A stretch of DNA of 32,000 nt. Origin: Promethearchaeota archaeon (GTDB lineage Archaea; Asgardarchaeota; Lokiarchaeia; Sigyniarchaeales; Promethearchaeaceae). The position numbers and the translations under genes are program-made. The notes under the pieces were generated by a model. The model did not search any database and was not told the origin of the DNA. It saw only the letters and a list, made by a program, of their open reading frames with translations. Location of the stretch: NCBI GenBank assembly GCA_016933055.1, contig JAFGBS010000001.1, positions 60,001 to 92,000 on the forward strand, given 5' to 3'. This document shows, piece after piece, positions 9,521 to 18,761 of this stretch (position 1 is its first letter; each line of letters starts with the position of its first letter).

Positions 9521-10572
9521 AATTCACCACCTAACACATCAAAGACTGGAAGGGATAATTGGCTTCGTAATTGAGTCATAAAATCTTTTCGGTTAAATTG
9601 AAATCCATATGGGGAGATTGGATTTGCGGTAACTGCAAGAATATTGATGGGATCTAACACTTTAATTGCGCCCCCCTTATTATACCATTGCGTTAATATT
9701 TGTTGGGATGTGAAAATTTTTGTTCCATCTTCAGCGATTATGGTGATGTTTTCTGCATCAACATTCGATTTTAATAGATTTTGGATTAAATCTGACCCCA
9801 CAATCCCCTTTATTAAAATATACTTGGATTTAGAGGTTAAGGAACTAATGATAAGAGGTGTGGCGTTTAATGCTGTAGAAACATCAAAACTAATTATTGT
9901 GTTATCCTCCTCCATTATACCTGCTTTCGAAGTTTTAAAAATGTCCTTGATTTTTTGTATTTCATTTCCATTCGTTAGGGGGGGAATTGTGAGTTTTTTG
10001 ATTGTAAATCGTGTTTCCTCCACAACTTCCTCCATGTTATGTGAAACCGCTGCTCCTGTCGCTAAGATCGTAGCGTGGGCAAGTAACGGGGACGCAAAGG
10101 ATTTTCGATCGAAAGCTCCATCGATGAGAATTAATTCGGCACCAAAATCAGTTAACAAATTGCAAACTAATTCCAAGTCCTTTACGATGGAAGGACCACT
10201 TAATTCAATATGACCTTTACTTAGGGATTTGGCGAGTACAATCTTACCTAACGCAGAAGAGACGTTTGTGGTTTTAAGGATCTTTTTCTGGAATTTTGAA
10301 CGTAGTAAACTCTCTTCAGCAGTGGCGATTAAATTCCCAGGAGCAACAAATATCTTAGGTTTTGGTTGTTCAGTCAAAATGTCTTTTTTCTCCCCATCTC
10401 TACCAATAGAAGTTAAACCTAATGCATACTTGGACTTTATGTGGTTAATGATGTAATTAAACGTGGTAGTTTTACCCACATTTTTTGCCATCCCAATAAA
10501 TGAAAATATCTTCTTAGACTTAGCCGCTTCGAGAAAGATATCAATAAGATCCATTCTAGGTTCAACATCCAC
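9517..10572 (-). CDS. kamB: KamB-like P-loop protein (putative lysine 5,6-aminomutase reactivation/accessory factor)
   Basis: SFIGMAKNVGKTT P-loop-like motif, GLTSIGRDGE and LIDGAFDR. Lies between kamA and kamD, as in bacterial lysine clusters. ATGA overlap with kamD. Start is GTG 10572 or ATG 10554. Confidence 0.72.
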   Translation of the reverse strand: MDVEPRMDLIDIFLEAAKSKKIFSFIGMAKNVGKTTTFNYIINHIKSKYALGLTSIGRDGEKKDILTEQPKPKIFVAPGNLIATAEESLLRSKFQKKILKTTNVSSALGKIVLAKSLSKGHIELSGPSIVKDLELVCNLLTDFGAELILIDGAFDRKSFASPLLAHATILATGAAVSHNMEEVVEETRFTIKKLTIPPLTNGNEIQKIKDIFKTSKAGIMEEDNTIISFDVSTALNATPLIISSLTSKSKYILIKGIVGSDLIQNLLKSNVDAENITIIAEDGTKIFTSQQILTQWYNKGGAIKVLDPINILAVTANPISPYGFQFNRKDFMTQLRSQLSLPVFDVLGGEL

Positions 10573-11808
10573 TTATTTCTTACGTTTTCGACGTGCCAAA
10601 TCTGCAGGTTCTAAAGTAATACGGTTACCACGCATCAAACCCGCAACTCCCGATAGTTCATTCTCATGGTCTGGACAATGGCAATCAGGAATATAATCTG
10701 TTGGCTCTGTGTAGGCACAAATCACTCCTTCATAATTCCGAAGAATAACTTGGTGGTCTCCATGGCTTATTAAGTAATTAGGCATGACTGGAATTTTTCC
10801 TCCACCGCCAGGTGCATCTACAACAAATGTAGGAACACAAAACCCAGAAGTATGCCCTCTAAGACCTTCAATAATCTCAATTCCCTTTCCTACAGAAGTG
10901 CGGAAATGATGTAAACCAACAGATAAATCACATTGATAGATATAATAAGGTCGTACTCGAATTCTTACCAGTTCATTTACTAATCTTCGCATAACATGAA
11001 TGCAATCATTCACACCTGCTAAAAGGACCGATTGATTTCCTAAAGGAATGCCTGCATCAGCCAGCATTTCACACGCTAGTTTTGAATGTTCATTTACTTC
11101 GTGCGGATGATTAAAATGGGTATTCAACCAGATAGGATGATATTTATGAAGCATATCCACTAGATTTTTGGTTATACGCATTGGCATAACAACTGGGGTT
11201 CTACTTCCAATCCGTATAATTTCTACATGAGGTATCTCTCGAAATCTTTTAATAATATATTCAAGCCGATTATCAGCTAATAGAAAAGGATCTCCTCCTG
11301 ATAATAAAACATCCCGAATTTGGGGAGTATTGCGAACATAGTCTACTGCACGATCGATCTGCTCAATTGAAGGATTCAAATCATGATGTCCTGCAAATCT
11401 TCTTCGGGTGCAATGTCGACAATACATCGAACAATTCTCTGATACCAATAATAAAACCCGATCGGGATAACGATGCGTCAACCCAGGTACTGGGGAATCG
11501 ACATCCTCATCTAATGGATCTTCTAGATCTACTTTATCTCGTATTAATTCATTAGCTGTGGGGATAGATTGGGCACGTATAGGATCATAGGGGTCATTGG
11601 GATCAATAAGAGAAAGATAATATGGTGTTATAGCCATGCGAAAGAGTTTTAGACAGTTCTTTGCTCCCTCTTCCTCATCATTGCTAAGCGGGATGAGTTT
11701 TTTTAATGCATCTACAGTTTCAATTCGATTTCTTACTTGCCATTTCCAATCATTCCATTCTTCGTCCGAAATATCTGGAAACAACTCATGCCTTCGATAC
11801 ACTTTCAT
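10573..11808 (-). CDS. kamA: L-lysine 2,3-aminomutase (radical SAM, PLP)
   Basis: CSMYCRHC radical-SAM motif, [15 protein letters not shown] and [10 protein letters not shown] (PLP Lys); lysine-pathway context. Confidence 0.97.
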   Translation of the reverse strand: MKVYRRHELFPDISDEEWNDWKWQVRNRIETVDALKKLIPLSNDEEEGAKNCLKLFRMAITPYYLSLIDPNDPYDPIRAQSIPTANELIRDKVDLEDPLDEDVDSPVPGLTHRYPDRVLLLVSENCSMYCRHCTRRRFAGHHDLNPSIEQIDRAVDYVRNTPQIRDVLLSGGDPFLLADNRLEYIIKRFREIPHVEIIRIGSRTPVVMPMRITKNLVDMLHKYHPIWLNTHFNHPHEVNEHSKLACEMLADAGIPLGNQSVLLAGVNDCIHVMRRLVNELVRIRVRPYYIYQCDLSVGLHHFRTSVGKGIEIIEGLRGHTSGFCVPTFVVDAPGGGGKIPVMPNYLISHGDHQVILRNYEGVICAYTEPTDYIPDCHCPDHENELSGVAGLMRGNRITLEPADLARRKRKK

Positions 11809-11839
11809 ATTGAACCATACCTTAAGTTAACATAAAAAA

Positions 11840-12883
11840 TTATGTGTTTACATATTTTTGTTCAAATAACTCACGCAGCTTCTTACTCTCTCGCAATTCC
11901 TCAAGAGTTATTTCTGCGTGATCTTTTGTATATCCATTCCCAATTATCATTAATACATCCTTTCCAATTCCTTCTGCTCCTAACGCGGCTCGTGTAAAAC
12001 TAGTTGCCATGGAAAAGAAATACACAATCCCCCCATCACGGACTGGTAAAATACTGGACATTTCACATTCTGGGATGTTTAGACAATTAATAGAAATATC
12101 CACTTCCTTTCCCTCGTTAATAGAAAGAATTTGCTCTAGGATGGAGGTTGCATCCTTAGCATCGGAAATAATCACCTCATGACAATAACCGATGTCTTTC
12201 AGATACTTAGCACGTGTTTCATTACGTGCCAGACCAATTATTTTTCCCGTAGGTCCTGCGCGCTTTTTTGCCTCATAGGAACACAATATTCCAGATTTTC
12301 CTGTAGCACCCAGAATAAATACGGAGTCTCCTGGTTTGACCAATTTTGCGGTCTGGGCAGGCGCTCCCGCTACATCTAAAGCGGCTAATGCAAGAGCATC
12401 GTCCATATCCTCGGGAAGTTTTGCATAAATTCCACTTTCGAATAATATAGCTTTTGCTTTCACATCCACTCGATCGATGTCCATTTTGATGTCTATGATC
12501 TCTTGGATTTTCAAGGGTGTTAATGATAAGGAAACTAAAGTTGCAATTCGATCCCCGATATTCAAATTGATTTTGTCCATAAGTGCATCCCCGATTTTTT
12601 CAACTGTTCCCATTAACATTCCACCCGAACCGGTTACAGGATTTTGCAGTTTTCCTCGTTCTTGTACAATTTCAAGTATTTTGTTCTTTATTGCTTCAGA
12701 ATCCTTATTCGCCTCGTCCTTTAACTGGGTAAAACTTGCAGAATCAATATTAAGGGATTTCACATTTATCAAAATTTCATTATCAAACAATTCCATATCA
12801 TTGGAAATTTTATATGCTGTTTGAGGTAAAACACCCTTGGGTTCGATAACTCGATGGGTTCCATATCTGTTTCCTTTTTTCAT
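11840..12883 (-). CDS. kdd: L-erythro-3,5-diaminohexanoate dehydrogenase
   Basis: N-terminal YGTHRVIEPKGVLPQ, LNIDSASF, NPVTGSGGML, FFSMATSF and IGNGY match Kdd; immediately upstream of kamA. Confidence 0.95.
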   Translation of the reverse strand: MKKGNRYGTHRVIEPKGVLPQTAYKISNDMELFDNEILINVKSLNIDSASFTQLKDEANKDSEAIKNKILEIVQERGKLQNPVTGSGGMLMGTVEKIGDALMDKINLNIGDRIATLVSLSLTPLKIQEIIDIKMDIDRVDVKAKAILFESGIYAKLPEDMDDALALAALDVAGAPAQTAKLVKPGDSVFILGATGKSGILCSYEAKKRAGPTGKIIGLARNETRAKYLKDIGYCHEVIISDAKDATSILEQILSINEGKEVDISINCLNIPECEMSSILPVRDGGIVYFFSMATSFTRAALGAEGIGKDVLMIIGNGYTKDHAEITLEELRESKKLRELFEQKYVNT

Positions 12884-13017
12884 AATTGATCAGTTCTTGG
12901 GAATTTTAGGTGAGCTAATGATTCAATACATGAAGAAAAATCTTTGTTTTGAAGAAAGAGGGAATTTTGAATCCCAAAACTATGGGATTTTTCACGTAAT
13001 GCAAAAAAGGGAAGAAA

Positions 13018-13797
13018 TTATACTTTCTTTGGAAAGATCATGCCATTAGGATCGATAACTTCATGAAGGATACGTAGATCTTCTTCTGTTGGCGGTTCAT
13101 TTACACCTACCTCATCTGCAATCTTGATCTCAAATCCTGTTGCTTTTTTCACATCGTCAATAGAAATTCCCGGATGAGTTTGACTTAATCGCATCACCTT
13201 GGTTTTTGGATCAAAATCAAACAAACAGAGATCTGTTATTACGCGTGAGGGTCCAGTGCCTTCAAATAATCCCCATTCTTCTCGTGAACCAGGACCATCT
13301 AAATATCCTGGAGTTGTGATAAAATCTACTTTTTCTACAAATCTACGAGGACTATGCCTATCCATGATTATCATGGTCTCCCACGCTAATGAGCCGAAAT
13401 CGTTTGCACCTCCAGATCCTGGAAAACGAACTTTTGGTATATTATAGTTATCTCCGATCATGGTTGAATTCAAGTTTCCGTACTTGTCTATTTGAGCTCC
13501 TCCTAAAAATGCATAGTCAACATATCCTCTTGAGATGATATCCATTATATCCACGAGTGTGGTTGCCATGAGAGCTTTGTGAATTGTGCGAGAATCTCCC
13601 ACCGAAATAGGCAAAGTTGGTAATTGAGGAGCAACACCTCCAGCTTCAAAATTGATCAATAAGTTGGGAGCGTGGGTTTGTTGTGCTAGCATGGCAGCAG
13701 CCATAGGTAAACCTGTTCCTACAGCAACAGATTTATTATCTTCTAATTGGCGAGCAGCGACCACACACATAAGTTCGCTTACAGTATATATCGTCAT
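13018..13797 (-). CDS. Family I CoA-transferase beta subunit (GctB/PcaJ-like)
   Basis: GTGLP, FEAGG (catalytic Glu position), LGGAQIDKYGNLN, GSGGAND and ITTPG. Confidence 0.88.
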   Translation of the reverse strand: MTIYTVSELMCVVAARQLEDNKSVAVGTGLPMAAAMLAQQTHAPNLLINFEAGGVAPQLPTLPISVGDSRTIHKALMATTLVDIMDIISRGYVDYAFLGGAQIDKYGNLNSTMIGDNYNIPKVRFPGSGGANDFGSLAWETMIIMDRHSPRRFVEKVDFITTPGYLDGPGSREEWGLFEGTGPSRVITDLCLFDFDPKTKVMRLSQTHPGISIDDVKKATGFEIKIADEVGVNEPPTEEDLRILHEVIDPNGMIFPKKV

Positions 13798-14793
13798 TTA
13801 GGCACCTCCTCTCAAAAATTCAAGATCAACTAGTCCTTGTAGCCTATCCTCTCCTAGTTTTTTCAGATATTGATCGAAATTATCAAGACTGTACACCCAT
13901 TCATCAAGCCATTTTTCTATAACGGTGGGGTCTTCATCTCTACCTGCAGTTAAATAATCTTGGGTGAATTTATTATCAAAATAATATCTATACGGCATAT
14001 TTCCGGGGTGCGAACCCCATTTTTGTTCGATGACCGCATCCACCATGAAGTATGGAACAACTGTATTTTGAGGATTAGATCGAATCACTTCTGTATCCAC
14101 GATCTCCTCACATGTTACAATGATCTTTTTGGATGCACGTGCCTGTAAATCATCTTTCACAATATGCCCGTCAATTTGGCAATTACCATATTTATCTGCA
14201 CGATGAGCGTGCATAATTAGAATATCCGGATTTAAGGAGGGGAGAAGAAGAACTTTTTTCCCTGTAAAGGGGCATTTCACCACTTTTCCCGGTGAATTCC
14301 GCATGGTATCAGTTCCCAACATGACATTCACTGGAATGAATGGAATTCCTTGAACACCCGCACGAAGTCGAAACGACATAGAACCGTTCGTATAATCAGT
14401 CATCTTCACATTACCACTTTCGAACTGTCTTCGTTGCACTCCTGATAATCCACGCAATTCAAATCCTACAACATAAGCTATTTCAACTCCAATAACGCAA
14501 TTTCCTGCCATTAAAACATCAATATCTTGGACAGCGGTGTGCCCCGCAACAGTAAGGTTTTTCTTTCTTTGGCGAACAATTTCGTAAATGGTCGCCATTG
14601 GAATTCTAATATGTCCGAATCCTCCAATCGCAATATATTCTCCATCTAGAACAAATTTCTCTACTGCTTCCTCTAATGGCATGGTTTTATCAACAAGTGC
14701 ACGGGTTTTTGTTCGTGCAAATTTTCGTGCATCCATAGGGGTGTTCGGACATAAATTCTTACCTTTACCTTCATATAGTATTTCCATATTCAC
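13798..14793 (-). CDS. Family I CoA-transferase alpha subunit (GctA/PcaI-like)
   Basis: IAIGGF, RLRAGVQGIPF, HAHRADKYGN and WGSHPG. Abuts the beta subunit, with a GGAGGTG SD in its 3' end. Start is GTG 14793 or ATG 14787. Confidence 0.88.
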   Translation of the reverse strand: MNMEILYEGKGKNLCPNTPMDARKFARTKTRALVDKTMPLEEAVEKFVLDGEYIAIGGFGHIRIPMATIYEIVRQRKKNLTVAGHTAVQDIDVLMAGNCVIGVEIAYVVGFELRGLSGVQRRQFESGNVKMTDYTNGSMSFRLRAGVQGIPFIPVNVMLGTDTMRNSPGKVVKCPFTGKKVLLLPSLNPDILIMHAHRADKYGNCQIDGHIVKDDLQARASKKIIVTCEEIVDTEVIRSNPQNTVVPYFMVDAVIEQKWGSHPGNMPYRYYFDNKFTQDYLTAGRDEDPTVIEKWLDEWVYSLDNFDQYLKKLGEDRLQGLVDLEFLRGGA

Positions 14794-14912
14794 TATTCCT
14801 CTTGTTATGCATCTGTTTGTATGTGTCTATATGTAGCTGTGACCCTTAAAAAAACTAAATATATCTTGATTGGACACAAAGTATTTTTGTGAAATGGGAT
14901 TAAGTGTTCATC

Positions 14913-15749
14913 ATGAGTGTAAAAAATAAATGGATATTAGTAACAGGGGCGAGTTCGGGAATTGGAAGGTATACTGCAGAGTTATTGGCTCAAAACGGAT
15001 TTAATGTGTATGCCAGTGCACGAAAAAAAGAGGATATCGAGGAATTAGATAAAATTCCGAATATTACTGGTATACAATTAGAAGTAACATCCGATGAGAA
15101 TATTCAAAAAATATTACCACAATTTGAGAAAACAGGATTGTACGGCATAGTTAACAATGCTGGAATCGCCCTTGGTGCTCCGTTAATGGATTTGGACCTT
15201 GAAGAACTGAAACGCCAATTTGAAGTTAACCTCTTTGGGATTCATCGAGTGACCAAAGCAATCTTTCCCCTAATATTGAAACAAAACGGGAGGATAATTA
15301 TGATTAGCTCTAATTCTGGGAGTTTTGCAGCACCATTTTTTGGACCATACGCGAGTTCTAAATATGCTTTAGAGGGATATTCAGATTCGTTGCGCAGGGA
15401 ATTGATGCTTCATGATGTTAAAGTAGTGATTATTAAACCAGGAAGGATCAGGACTTCGATCTGGGAAAAAGGAGAAAAATTATTGAAATTATATGACGGT
15501 TCAATTTTTAACAAAGTAGCAACAGTATTGGGTAAATCAGCAATCGAAGCAGGAAAAAATGATTCGTTACCGCCCATAAAAGTAGCAGAATTGGTTTTAA
15601 AAGCACTTACTGTAAAAAATCCCAAACCTCGTTATGTAATTGCGCCCAATCCCTTTGGGATTTGGCTTCGAGAACATCTCCCTGATAGAATTGTGGATGC
15701 TATGGTAAAGAAAAAATTAATGGATGCAAAAAATTCGGATGTTTATTAA
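14913..15749 (+). CDS. Classical short-chain dehydrogenase/reductase (17beta-HSD/RDH-like subfamily)
   Basis: TGASSGIG, VNNAG, catalytic Ser and YASSK. ATG 14913 preferred over GTG 14904. Confidence 0.92.
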   Translation: MSVKNKWILVTGASSGIGRYTAELLAQNGFNVYASARKKEDIEELDKIPNITGIQLEVTSDENIQKILPQFEKTGLYGIVNNAGIALGAPLMDLDLEELKRQFEVNLFGIHRVTKAIFPLILKQNGRIIMISSNSGSFAAPFFGPYASSKYALEGYSDSLRRELMLHDVKVVIIKPGRIRTSIWEKGEKLLKLYDGSIFNKVATVLGKSAIEAGKNDSLPPIKVAELVLKALTVKNPKPRYVIAPNPFGIWLREHLPDRIVDAMVKKKLMDAKNSDVY

Positions 15750-15784
15750 ATCGGTCTAAAATAGAATCCTCGAAATTTGAAAAT

Positions 15785-15826
15785 TCTTTTTTCTTTCTTT
15801 TCTCTTTCAATTTCTTCTATTATTTC
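15785..15826 (+). terminator. Pyrimidine/oligo-T tract after the SDR gene, possible archaeal intrinsic terminator
   Basis: TTCTTTTTTCTTTCTTTTCTCTTTC tract about 35 nt after the stop codon. Confidence 0.35.
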
Positions 15827-16056
15827 TACGAATTAATGACAATACACTCTAAACCTGTGCTTATTGAGGATGAAAATGGAAAAAAAATTCTACCACGATA
15901 TCTGCAATGTATTTTCTCTATGGATATTCGGATATTTTCTTTTTCAGAGTAGATGCGCTATCGTTATCTTTTGAAATATATCCGAAGTCTAAAAATATTC
16001 ATTTGTGCTTTCTTATTATCATCAAAAAATCATCAATATGAAGTGTGAATAAAAAA

Positions 16057-16512
16057 ATGGCAAAAACTATTCCTTATTTAGTAATGAAAGGTGTTGGCGG
16101 TGCGAAAAAGGCAATAAAATTGTATAAATCGGTTTTTGGAGCGAAATTGATTGATACTATGAAATATAATGAAAAAATAGGTAAACAAATGGGATTTCCC
16201 GACGATTTTGATTACGAAAACAGTACGATGCATGCCGAAATTGAAATTGATGGTGCACCAATCTATTTGGCTGACGATACCAGTGGATTTGGGGATGAAA
16301 AAACTCCACGTAGAAGCTTTGGAAAGGTTGAAATAATGTTATCGGTTGATTCAAAGGAAAAATTCGATGAAATATGGAAAAATGTATCGATCCGAAGGGG
16401 TTTTGTAGTACTGTTACCCGCTCAAAAAACCTTTTGGGGGGCATGGTTTTGTCGATTCATCGACTCCAAAAAGATTGCATGGCAAATCAATTATACCATA
16501 CCTCAAAAATAG
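16057..16512 (+). CDS. VOC/glyoxalase superfamily protein, PhnB-like
   Basis: IPYL...AIKLYKSVFGA, MHAEIEIDG...LAD and TFWGA...FID...WQIN. ATG 16057 preferred over GTG 16045. Confidence 0.85.
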   Translation: MAKTIPYLVMKGVGGAKKAIKLYKSVFGAKLIDTMKYNEKIGKQMGFPDDFDYENSTMHAEIEIDGAPIYLADDTSGFGDEKTPRRSFGKVEIMLSVDSKEKFDEIWKNVSIRRGFVVLLPAQKTFWGAWFCRFIDSKKIAWQINYTIPQK

Positions 16513-16535
16513 ACACCTATAAGTCTACTTTTACA

Positions 16536-17366
16536 TCATCCTTTTTTTAATTGTAATAATCTTCGAGTTTCATTTGGATCCGCAATCTCTCTACCCATAA
16601 TTTCCGAAATTTTGACTACCTTATTTACTAATTCTCCGTTAGATTTCGCAAGAATCCCTTTGGAAATATATAAATTATCTTCAAATCCAACTCGTGCATG
16701 CCCTCCCATTGCAATCGATTGTGCAATCATGGGAAATTGATAGCGACCGATTGCTGTTACTGTATATGTGCTTTCTTTCGGTAAAGAATTCAAGAGAAAA
16801 ACTAGATTTTCGGTAGTTGCGGCAATTCCCCCAAGAACTCCTAACACCAAGTTAAAATGCATGGGGTGTTTAATATAACCCTTTTTATGTAATCTGTTTA
16901 TGGTATCAATCATACCCTTATCAAAAATCTCTAATTCTGGTTTAATTTCTAATTCTTTCATTTTTTCTGCAAACTCAACTATCATCGATTCTGTGTTCAC
17001 AAATATCTCATCACCACCGAAATTCACGGTACCACAGTCCAGAGTCGCTATTTCTGGAGTAGGATCTAAATAAATAGGTTGTAACCGTTCTTCTGCAGTC
17101 ATTCCTATAGCTCCTCCCGTCGAAGGTAGAATAATTGCTTCGGGACATCGACTACGAATCTCCTCAAAACATTCCCGGAACCTTTCTTTATCTTGTGTAG
17201 GAGTTCCGTCGTCATAACGAACATGTAAATGGATTATACTTGCTCCTGCCCAATAAGCTGATTCTGCTTGAATCCCAATCTCTTCCACTGTATAAGGGAC
17301 ATTTGGATTTTGTTCTTTTGTGACCTCTGCTCCGCATATCGCAGCTGTTATGATGAGTTTTTCCAT
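16536..17366 (-). CDS. kce: 3-keto-5-aminohexanoate cleavage enzyme
   Basis: MEKLIITAAICGAEVTKEQNP, HLH Zn ligands, STGGA, LDCGTVNFG and RVGFEDN; lysine context. Confidence 0.95.
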   Translation of the reverse strand: MEKLIITAAICGAEVTKEQNPNVPYTVEEIGIQAESAYWAGASIIHLHVRYDDGTPTQDKERFRECFEEIRSRCPEAIILPSTGGAIGMTAEERLQPIYLDPTPEIATLDCGTVNFGGDEIFVNTESMIVEFAEKMKELEIKPELEIFDKGMIDTINRLHKKGYIKHPMHFNLVLGVLGGIAATTENLVFLLNSLPKESTYTVTAIGRYQFPMIAQSIAMGGHARVGFEDNLYISKGILAKSNGELVNKVVKISEIMGREIADPNETRRLLQLKKG

Positions 17367-17367
17367 T

Positions 17368-18624
17368 TCACATCAATCTTTTTGTCTCGTTCAAAGATTC
17401 ATCGATCATAGTTGCTGTATACTCCAAATCTTCTTTTGTATGCCGATAACAGATATAACCATGATGATAGGGTTGGAGGAATACTTTTCTACGAATCAAT
17501 TGTCGATAAAATTCTTCACGGAGCGTTTTATATAATTTCTGCTCATCTCGTCGGAAAGTAATGTAGGGCATTGATGCACCACCCGAATATACAGCAGGCA
17601 CACCGCTAGAGTCAATACTTTCTTGAATTTTTTTCTCTAAAACGCTCCCTCGATTCTTAATAGTATTAATAACATCATTTTTTTGCATAAAATTGATTGT
17701 TTTTAAGGAAGCGATTTGAGATAGGCTGTTTGGGAAAAAAGTGGAGCTAAGAAACACATTATGTTCTAATACATCCATAATTTCTGCTTTACCAACCAAA
17801 GTGCTGATAGGATATCCATTACCCATTGCTTTTCCAAAGCATGCTAAATCCGGAATCACTCCGAACTCTTTTTGAGCACCTCCCATATTTATACGAAAAC
17901 CAGTGCGAATCTCATCAAAAATGCATATAGCCCCATACTCATGAGCGAGTTGCTTTACGGAGCGTAAATATCCCGGTTCTGGTAACTCTACCTCATTTCC
18001 GCCTGGAGTATGGATTGGTGCGATAAATACTGCAGCTATCTGGTCTTTGTGCTGCTTTAAAGTTGTCTCGAGATGAGGGAGATTATTGAATTCAAACTCA
18101 ATTGTGTCATTTCTGATTTTATCGGGTATTCCCGCGTCAATTCCATACACATCTGAACTCCAATCATGCCAGCCTGCATAAGTTAGCGTCTTTAAAATTT
18201 TTTCTCGTCTTGTATACGCCCGAGCAACTCGAATAGCAGCTGTTGTAGCATCCGACCCCATTTTCATAAATACCATCTTTTCCGCACATGGGATCAGCTC
18301 TCGAAGTACTTTACCTAATTCATTTTGCACGGGTTGTGTTAACGACATGCAAAATCCATGATTTTGAATTTGATCCATAACCGCGTTATCAATTTCTTCT
18401 TCACGATGCCCTATTATTATCGGTCCATAGGCGCATAAATGATCCATATATTCATTTCCGTCCACATCAATGACTTTTCCACCTTTAGCTGTGTGAAAAA
18501 AGATGGGATATTCACCTTCTACAAAATTATAAGGCCTTCTTATACCCAAAATAGCACCCGGAATAAGTTCCAGCGCCTCTTCATATAATTTGAATGAATT
18601 TTTAAGATTTAATTTGTCAGGCAT
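17368..18624 (-). CDS. kat: 3-aminobutyryl-CoA aminotransferase (class III, HemL-like fold)
   Basis: GIRRPYNFVEGEYPIFF, LCAYGPIIIG, FLSSTFFPNS and VFLQPYHHGYICYRH closely match my recollection of the characterised Cloacimonas Kat. The gene ends 1 nt before kce. Start moved from 18675 to ATG 18624 (GGGAG SD). Confidence 0.85.
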   Translation of the reverse strand: MPDKLNLKNSFKLYEEALELIPGAILGIRRPYNFVEGEYPIFFHTAKGGKVIDVDGNEYMDHLCAYGPIIIGHREEEIDNAVMDQIQNHGFCMSLTQPVQNELGKVLRELIPCAEKMVFMKMGSDATTAAIRVARAYTRREKILKTLTYAGWHDWSSDVYGIDAGIPDKIRNDTIEFEFNNLPHLETTLKQHKDQIAAVFIAPIHTPGGNEVELPEPGYLRSVKQLAHEYGAICIFDEIRTGFRINMGGAQKEFGVIPDLACFGKAMGNGYPISTLVGKAEIMDVLEHNVFLSSTFFPNSLSQIASLKTINFMQKNDVINTIKNRGSVLEKKIQESIDSSGVPAVYSGGASMPYITFRRDEQKLYKTLREEFYRQLIRRKVFLQPYHHGYICYRHTKEDLEYTATMIDESLNETKRLM

Positions 18625-18761
18625 GTTGTATCTCCCATTTCGACTGATTAGTATATTCTTCTTACATTTTCCCACTTAATATTTTTTATTTCCAACTGGA
18701 ATTTGAAATACCGTAAATTTTTTGACATAAGTTGTTCAACATAAAATAGATAAATCTCCAG

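Noticed and set aside
12970-12989. AATCCCA-N6-TGGGATT hairpin between the CoA-transferase beta gene and kdd
   Set aside because: A single 7-bp stem is too weak to call a terminator or operator without comparative data.
14794-14912. Lysine riboswitch upstream of the lysine operon
   Set aside because: The region is too short and AT-rich and lacks the conserved lysine-riboswitch architecture.
17368-18675. Annotation as glutamate-1-semialdehyde aminomutase (hemL)
   Set aside because: Lacks the HemL PGGVNSPVR motif, has Kat-type motifs and is coupled to kce; no heme genes nearby.
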